From a bacterium (GTDB lineage: Bacteria; Patescibacteriota; Patescibacteriia; UBA1558; S5-K13): a stretch of DNA of 39,734 nt. Positions 34,821 through 39,734 of this stretch are shown here, piece by piece. Position 1 is the first letter of the stretch; every line of letters starts with the position of its first letter. The notes below the pieces were generated by a model. That model searched no databases. It saw nothing but the letters and a program-made list of their open reading frames with translations, and was not told the origin of the DNA. The translations under genes were made by a program, and so were the position numbers. The stretch is from assembly GCA_021106915.1 (NCBI GenBank), contig JAIOTH010000019.1:1-39734 (forward strand). The letters are read 5' to 3'.

Positions 34821-35357
34821 ATGAAAAATATTTTATTTGTAGCTATAATAGCTATTTTGGGAGCCTGTTCTCATAATATTGCTACGGAATGGGAGTGTCA
34901 GGATTTTGAAAATGACATCAGCGATTCGAAGGACATTAAAAAAATATTTAATAGTGATACTTTAGCGGTAGAATGTTTAGGGATTACTTATTATCATAGA
35001 ACTCTTTCTAAAAGCAGGAAAGCTTTTAATTTTACAGTTAATGATAAGCTTTATGTAGCTGTAATTATTGAAGAAGATCAAGTTTTTCAGGCTAAGGAAA
35101 TAGGTTTGCATCATATTGCAGCTTTATTAAAGTATCCCAAATATGAACCTGGAAATATGAGTTTTTTGAAAAAGAATATTATAGCTGGTCGTATTGGTTA
35201 CTACGACTACAATCTGGTATTTACTGGAATCAATAATTCTTTTGATAAATATTATGATCGTATTATTTGGTATGAAAGTACTAAACATTATGAAACAGAA
35301 AAGAAGCTGAAAAAGCTTCAAAAAAAATTAGATAAAAAAAATAAAAAAGACCCTTAA
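34821..35357 (+). CDS. Lipoprotein (178 aa), unknown function
   Basis: It has a strong SD (agaggagg), a signal peptide with lipobox ILGAC, and a lysine-rich tail. Confidence 0.65.
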   Translation: MKNILFVAIIAILGACSHNIATEWECQDFENDISDSKDIKKIFNSDTLAVECLGITYYHRTLSKSRKAFNFTVNDKLYVAVIIEEDQVFQAKEIGLHHIAALLKYPKYEPGNMSFLKKNIIAGRIGYYDYNLVFTGINNSFDKYYDRIIWYESTKHYETEKKLKKLQKKLDKKNKKDP

Positions 35358-35380
35358 TTGCAAGGGTCTTTTCTTTTTTA
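35347..35380 (+). terminator. Intrinsic terminator
   Basis: aagaccctt-aattgc-aagggtctt is followed by ttcttttttatttttttt. The stop codon lies in the loop. Confidence 0.85.
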
Positions 35381-35586
35381 TTTTTTTTTGACCAAATCCA
35401 GTTTAAATGCTATTATAAGGGAGTTATAGAGCATATTTCTATTCGTTTTTTTGTATTTTTTATGCAAATTGATAATATATTTAATATGGTAAAATAAAAA
35501 TTTGAAATTAAATCATTAAATTGAAATTAAAAATTGTGTCATTAATTTAAAATTTAAAATTAAACATTAAATATTCATATATATAT

Positions 35587-35973
35587 ATGTATTCTAAAGA
35601 AGTATTAGAACATTTTAAAAATCCCCGTAATCAGGGTCAAATTGATAATCCAGATGTCATAGGGCAAGTTGGTAATCCAGTTTGTGGAGATGTCATGAAA
35701 ATTTATTTAAAAATAAATCAGAATTCAAAGGATATTAATAAATCTAAAATTGAAGATATTAAATTTGAGACCTTGGGTTGTGCAGCCGCAATTGCTTGTT
35801 CTTCAGTTGTCACTGAAAATACCAAAGGAAAAACTTTGGAAGCAGCTTTAAAAATAAACAAGGATTTAATTTTAAAAAAATTAGGTGGTTTACCTTTACC
35901 AAAAGTTCATTGTTCAATGTTAGCTTTAGAGGGTTTAGAAAAAGCTATTAAAGAATATTTAGCAAAACATTAA
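35587..35973 (+). CDS. iscU: Fe-S cluster scaffold protein (IscU/NifU N-terminal type)
   Basis: The three conserved cysteines are present in GNPVCGDVM, LGCAAAIA and KVHCSMLA. Confidence 0.9.
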   Translation: MYSKEVLEHFKNPRNQGQIDNPDVIGQVGNPVCGDVMKIYLKINQNSKDINKSKIEDIKFETLGCAAAIACSSVVTENTKGKTLEAALKINKDLILKKLGGLPLPKVHCSMLALEGLEKAIKEYLAKH

Positions 35974-36041
35974 AACACGATATAGTGAGAATTAATAAAA
36001 TAGATTGTTACTAAAAACTAACAATTAAAAACTAATAATAT

Positions 36042-36305
36042 ATGATTAAATTAGATAAATCCCCACAACTTAGGGGTAAGTGTGGGGATAAAAAAATTGA
36101 AGATAAATTGAAAGAAATTAGAAAAGTTTTAGAGGGTGATGGTGGAGGTTTAGAGGTTATTAAATATGATGAGAAAACCAATATTTTACAAATAAAATTA
36201 TTAGGTATGTGCCAAGGATGTCCAATGGCTGAAGTGACAGTCAAGGATTTTATTGAAAAAGAGCTACAAAAAATAGAACCTAAGATTAAAGTAGAGAAAG
36301 TTTAA
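36042..36305 (+). CDS. NifU C-terminal (Nfu-type) Fe-S domain protein
   Basis: LEGDGGGLEVIKYDEKTNILQIKLLGMCQGCPMA contains the CxxC motif typical of the Nfu domain. Confidence 0.8.
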   Translation: MIKLDKSPQLRGKCGDKKIEDKLKEIRKVLEGDGGGLEVIKYDEKTNILQIKLLGMCQGCPMAEVTVKDFIEKELQKIEPKIKVEKV

Positions 36306-36333
36306 GGCAGTATTTAGCGTATTTACCTTGAAT

Positions 36334-36473
36334 CATATCATCCTGAAGATGTCATTCCGGACTCGATCCGGAATCTCAATTTCAATGTTAGTGGTACTAG
36401 AGATCCTGAGTCGAGCTCAGGATGACAGAATATATCACTAACGCTGAGGTAGACCCTCAAGCCCGGAATGACA
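36334..36473. repeat. Mosaic GC-rich hairpin repeat cluster
   Basis: It contains gtcattccggactcgatccggaatctcaatttcaatgttagtggtactagagatcctgagtcgagctcaggatgaca plus a reverse GGGTCT..AGCGTTAG module. A ~40-nt stretch is shared with 25831..25871. Confidence 0.9.
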
Positions 36474-36480
36474 AATAAAT

Positions 36481-36522
36481 AATTAGTATATTAGTATCAA
36501 ATTATTAGTATCATTAGTATAT
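36481..36522. repeat. ATTAGTAT-word repeat abutting the cysteine desulfurase ATG
   Basis: The sequence is aattagtatattagtatcaaattattagtatcattagtatatATG. Confidence 0.85.
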
Positions 36523-37686
36523 ATGAAACAAATTTATTTCGACAATGCAGCGACAACGCCAGTAGATAAAGAAGTGTTAAAGGCCATGGAGCCTTATTTT
36601 TTAGTTGAATTTGGTAATGCTTCCTCTATTCATAATTTTGGTCAACGAGCAGAGGCTGCTATTTTAAAATCTAAAGATATTATTGCTGATTTTTTAAAGT
36701 GCCAGGCTCAGGAAATTATTTTTACCTCGGGTGCTACAGAGAGTAATAATACAGTTTTAAAAAGTGTTTTTGTTGATTTCAAAGGGCATCTAATAACAAC
36801 TTTATTTGAACATCCTGCTATTTTAGAAACCGCTAAATATTTATCTCAAAACGGAGTAGATGTTACATTTATTAAGCCAGAAAAAAATGGTTTAATAGAT
36901 TCGCAAAAAGTCCTTAAAGCAATTAAAAAAGAGACTCGTTTAATTTCTATAATGTATGTTAATAATGAAATTGGTACCATTCAACCGATTGGTAAAATTG
37001 GTAAAGAATTAGTAGAAATTAATAAAAAAAGAGAAAATCCAGTTTTATTTCACACAGATGCGGTGCAAGCTATGTATTTTTTACCAATGCAAATAGATCG
37101 TTTGAGGGTCGATTTTATGTCAATTTCTGGTCATAAAATTTATGGTCCCAAGGGAATGGGTCTTTTATATATTAAAGATGGTCTTAAATTAAAACCTTTA
37201 TTGCATGGTGGTCATCAGGAAAATGGTGCTCGGGCTGGAACTTATAATGTTCCTGGAATTGTTGGTTTAGGTAAGGCCGTGGAACTCTTATCAAAAGCAG
37301 AACATCAAAAAGAGTTAATTAGAATTGAAAAATTAGGCAATTATTTAATAGAGAAAGTTATGGAATTGGAAGGAGTGTCTTTGAATGGTGATCCTCAAAA
37401 TAAATTACCTTATAACTCTAATTTTTTATTTAAGAATGTAGAGGGAGAATCTTTGTTATTGAAGTTAGATTTGGCGGGTATTGCTTGCTCTACTGGCTCA
37501 GCTTGTGCTTCTGGTTCTTTAAGTGCCTCTCATGTTTTATTGGCGATTGGTATTCCACATGAAGAAGCTCATGGATCATTAAGAATTAGTCTGGGAAAAA
37601 TGAATGATAAAAGCGATATTGATTATTTTTTAGAAATATTATCAAAGTCACTTACTGAATTAAGATCATTTTCACCTTTTAAATAA
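36523..37686 (+). CDS. iscS: Cysteine desulfurase (NifS/IscS class I)
   Basis: SISGHKIYGPKGMGLLY holds the PLP lysine and SACASG the active-site Cys. It lies downstream of iscU/nfu. Confidence 0.9.
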   Translation: MKQIYFDNAATTPVDKEVLKAMEPYFLVEFGNASSIHNFGQRAEAAILKSKDIIADFLKCQAQEIIFTSGATESNNTVLKSVFVDFKGHLITTLFEHPAILETAKYLSQNGVDVTFIKPEKNGLIDSQKVLKAIKKETRLISIMYVNNEIGTIQPIGKIGKELVEINKKRENPVLFHTDAVQAMYFLPMQIDRLRVDFMSISGHKIYGPKGMGLLYIKDGLKLKPLLHGGHQENGARAGTYNVPGIVGLGKAVELLSKAEHQKELIRIEKLGNYLIEKVMELEGVSLNGDPQNKLPYNSNFLFKNVEGESLLLKLDLAGIACSTGSACASGSLSASHVLLAIGIPHEEAHGSLRISLGKMNDKSDIDYFLEILSKSLTELRSFSPFK

Positions 37687-38058
37687 ATGAGCAATTTTTT
37701 AGATTCATTAAAAATTTTTTTTAGAAAGAGAGTTGTTTTTTGGTCTTTGATTGTGGCGTTAGTTTTAAATTCTTATCTTTGGTATTTAATTCGTAATTTT
37801 ATAGATTTTAATCGAGATTTTCATATTTTGCATTATAATGCTTATTTTGGAATAGATTATATTGCTCCAGCTCAACAATTTATTTACTTACCATTTTTAG
37901 CTCTGGGAATCTATTTAATTAATTTGTTATTTGCTTTTATTTACTATCATTACAGTAAAGGATCCTGGATTTTTTCTTATATTTTTTTAGCAGTCGGAAT
38001 TTTTATCAATATTGAATTAATAATTTATTTAATAAAAATAATCGGTATAGAATATTAA
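37687..38058 (+). CDS. Small multi-TM membrane protein, unknown function
   Basis: It is 123 aa with three hydrophobic helices. Its start ATG immediately follows the iscS stop (TAAATG). Confidence 0.5.
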   Translation: MSNFLDSLKIFFRKRVVFWSLIVALVLNSYLWYLIRNFIDFNRDFHILHYNAYFGIDYIAPAQQFIYLPFLALGIYLINLLFAFIYYHYSKGSWIFSYIFLAVGIFINIELIIYLIKIIGIEY

Positions 38059-38094
38059 ACATTAATTTAATATTTAGATTTTATTACCTGCCTG

Positions 38095-38137
38095 CATACC
38101 TACATTTCATTTCGGTATGTAAACTGGTAGGCAGGGA
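38095..38137. repeat. GC-rich nested hairpin element, second copy
   Basis: tacctgcctgcatacctacatttcatttcggtatgtaaactggtaggcaggga is nearly identical to 9071..9123. Confidence 0.85.
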
Positions 38138-38173
38138 TATTAGAATTTATTTATTAGAAATTTATTTAAAAAT

Positions 38174-39220
38174 ATGTCCCCAGAAATATTAAAAATATTT
38201 ATTTTAACAGCTTTTTCAACTTTTATAGCTTTTGGGATTACACCTATGCTTATTAATTTTTTATATAAGCATAAATTAGGAAAGCAAATTAGAACTGAAA
38301 GTAAGGCACCAGTTTTTTTTAATTTACATAAGAAAAAAGAGGGTACGCCAACTATGGGCGGAATTATAATTTGGGCGACATTATTAATAGTGATGATAAT
38401 TACTTATTTATTGAATATTATTTTTCCAGGGACTTATTTAGCAATTTTAAACTTTTTTTCTAGATCGCAAACTTTACTTCCTTTAGGAGCTTTAGTAGCT
38501 TCAGCTTTAGCAGGTCTTTTAGATGATTATTTGGGAGTTAAAAGAATAGGTAAAAATGGTGGAGGATTAAGTATTGTTCAGAGATTATTAATTTACATTG
38601 GCATATCTTTAATTGGTGCTTTATGGTTCTATTTTAAATTAGATTGGGATATTTTACATGTTCCTTTTGTAGGTAATTTTAATATTGGTTGGTTGATTAT
38701 TCCAATTTTTACTTTAGTCGTCACTTCGGTTTCTTTTAGTGTTAATGAAACAGATGGTTTAGATGGCTTGGCTGGAGGATTGCTTTTAATTTCTTTTGCA
38801 GCTTTTGGTACAATTTCTTTTTTACAAGGTCGTTATGATCTAGCAGTTTTTTGTAGTGTAATAGTGGGTGCTTTAGTAACTTTTTTATGGTTTAATATTC
38901 CGCCAGCTCGTTTTTTTATGGGTGATACTGGTTCAATGAGTCTAGGAGTCACTTTGGGAGTGATTGCTATGTTAACTAATACGCTTTTATATTTACCTTT
39001 AATTGCTGGTATATTTTTATTAGAATCTTTATCAGTGGTAGTTCAATTAAGTTATAAGAAATTGAATAATGGTCGAAAGTTATTTAGGTCTACGCCGATT
39101 CATCATCATTTTGAGGCTATTGGTTGGTCAGAGCCAAAAATTGTAATGCGAGCTTGGCTTTTAGGTGGTATTGCCTCTGTAATAACTTTAATTATTTATT
39201 TATTTGATAAGGGAATTTAA
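38174..39220 (+). CDS. mraY: Phospho-N-acetylmuramoyl-pentapeptide transferase
   Basis: TPTMGG, NETDGLDGLAGG and FMGDTGSMSLG are MraY motifs. It has 10 TM helices. Confidence 0.95.
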   Translation: MSPEILKIFILTAFSTFIAFGITPMLINFLYKHKLGKQIRTESKAPVFFNLHKKKEGTPTMGGIIIWATLLIVMIITYLLNIIFPGTYLAILNFFSRSQTLLPLGALVASALAGLLDDYLGVKRIGKNGGGLSIVQRLLIYIGISLIGALWFYFKLDWDILHVPFVGNFNIGWLIIPIFTLVVTSVSFSVNETDGLDGLAGGLLLISFAAFGTISFLQGRYDLAVFCSVIVGALVTFLWFNIPPARFFMGDTGSMSLGVTLGVIAMLTNTLLYLPLIAGIFLLESLSVVVQLSYKKLNNGRKLFRSTPIHHHFEAIGWSEPKIVMRAWLLGGIASVITLIIYLFDKGI

Positions 39221-39228
39221 TTAGTTAG

Positions 39229-39283
39229 TAGTTGGTAGTTTGTAGTTTTTAGCTACCAACTAAAAACTACAAACTACCAACTA
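39229..39283. repeat. Perfect 24-bp inverted repeat with 7-nt loop in the mraY-murD spacer
   Basis: The sequence is tagttggtagtttgtagtttttag-ctaccaa-ctaaaaactacaaactaccaacta. It ends 5 nt before the murD ATG. Confidence 0.9.
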
Positions 39284-39288
39284 AATTT

Positions 39289-39734
39289 ATGAATTTCAAA
39301 AACAAAAAAATTTTAATCATGGGTTTGGGGATTATCGGCAAGGGATTGAAAGATGCCTTATTTTTTTATGAACAAGGAGCAAGAGTGACAGTAACAGATT
39401 TAAAAACAGCTGATGAATTAAAAAAATCTACTGACATTTTAAAACAATATCCAGACATTAAATTACATCTTGGAGGTCATCAAAAGAGTGATTTTTTAGA
39501 TACTGATTTAATTGTCCGGAACCCAGCTATTCCTTCTAACTCTAAATTTTTAAAATTAGCTCAGGAAAATGATAAAAAAATTGTCATGGAAGATTCTTTA
39601 GCAGTAACTTTAACAGAAGCTCAGGTAATAGGAATCACTGGAACCAGAGGAAAGACAACTACTGCTACTCTAATTTATGAAATTTTAAAATTAGCTGGCA
39701 AAGATGTTTATTTATCGGGAAATATTAGAGGAAC
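39289..39734 (+). CDS. murD: UDP-N-acetylmuramoylalanine--D-glutamate ligase, N-terminal part (runs off the right edge)
   Basis: My own translation gives MNFKNKKILIMGLGIIGKGLKDALFFYEQGARVTVTDLK...VIGITGTRGKTTTATLIYEIL. It shows a Rossmann-like N-domain, the Mur ligase P-loop, and the conserved mraY-murD gene order. Confidence 0.85.
   Translation, partial: MNFKNKKILIMGLGIIGKGLKDALFFYEQGARVTVTDLKTADELKKSTDILKQYPDIKLHLGGHQKSDFLDTDLIVRNPAIPSNSKFLKLAQENDKKIVMEDSLAVTLTEAQVIGITGTRGKTTTATLIYEILKLAGKDVYLSGNIRG

Noticed and set aside
25359-36473. Could the repeated GC-rich units be CRISPR arrays?
   Set aside because: There is no regular repeat-spacer periodicity. The units are self-complementary hairpins in mixed orientation, nested in each other, and no cas genes lie nearby.

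Overview
This is a 39.7 kb, strongly AT-rich, tightly packed bacterial window. TAA, TAG and TGA all terminate recognisable genes (for example, ftsE ends in TGA), so the standard code 11 applies. The gene content and style point to a reduced-genome Patescibacteria/CPR-type organism, which is an inference: small housekeeping genes, few Shine-Dalgarno sites, GC-rich hairpin repeats in an AT-rich background, and VirB2-like pilin and GxxExxY/GIY-YIG genes. Housekeeping content includes rsmA, a chimeric leuS, tRNA-Lys(CUU) and tRNA-Arg(UCG), gmk, rluD, galU and a solute-binding lipoprotein. It also includes lepA, divIC/ftsB, a parvulin PPIase, ftsEX, rpmA, iscU-nfu-iscS, mraY and the start of murD. 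The accessory content is the interesting part:

1. A minus-strand four-gene cluster (1..8927) encodes a TSP3-repeat membrane protein followed by more than 2,600 codons of secreted, cysteine-rich, modular proteins. Two of these ORFs are separated only by a single in-frame TAA.
2. A 42-Cys repeat ectodomain is fused to a VirB2/TrbC-like pilin domain (24083..25351). It is bracketed by two small nuclease-fold genes that share a leader sequence.
3. The 1240-aa LeuRS carries an ITPase/Ham1-like domain and an alpha/beta serine-hydrolase domain inserted on either side of its CP1 editing domain.
4. Several dispersed repeat families are present. These are GC-rich nested hairpin elements (also inserted in-frame into leuS and rsmA), an ATTAGTAT-word element abutting the ATG of five unrelated genes, and long AT-rich perfect hairpins in operon spacers.

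No CRISPR array, rRNA, transposase or reverse transcriptase was seen.
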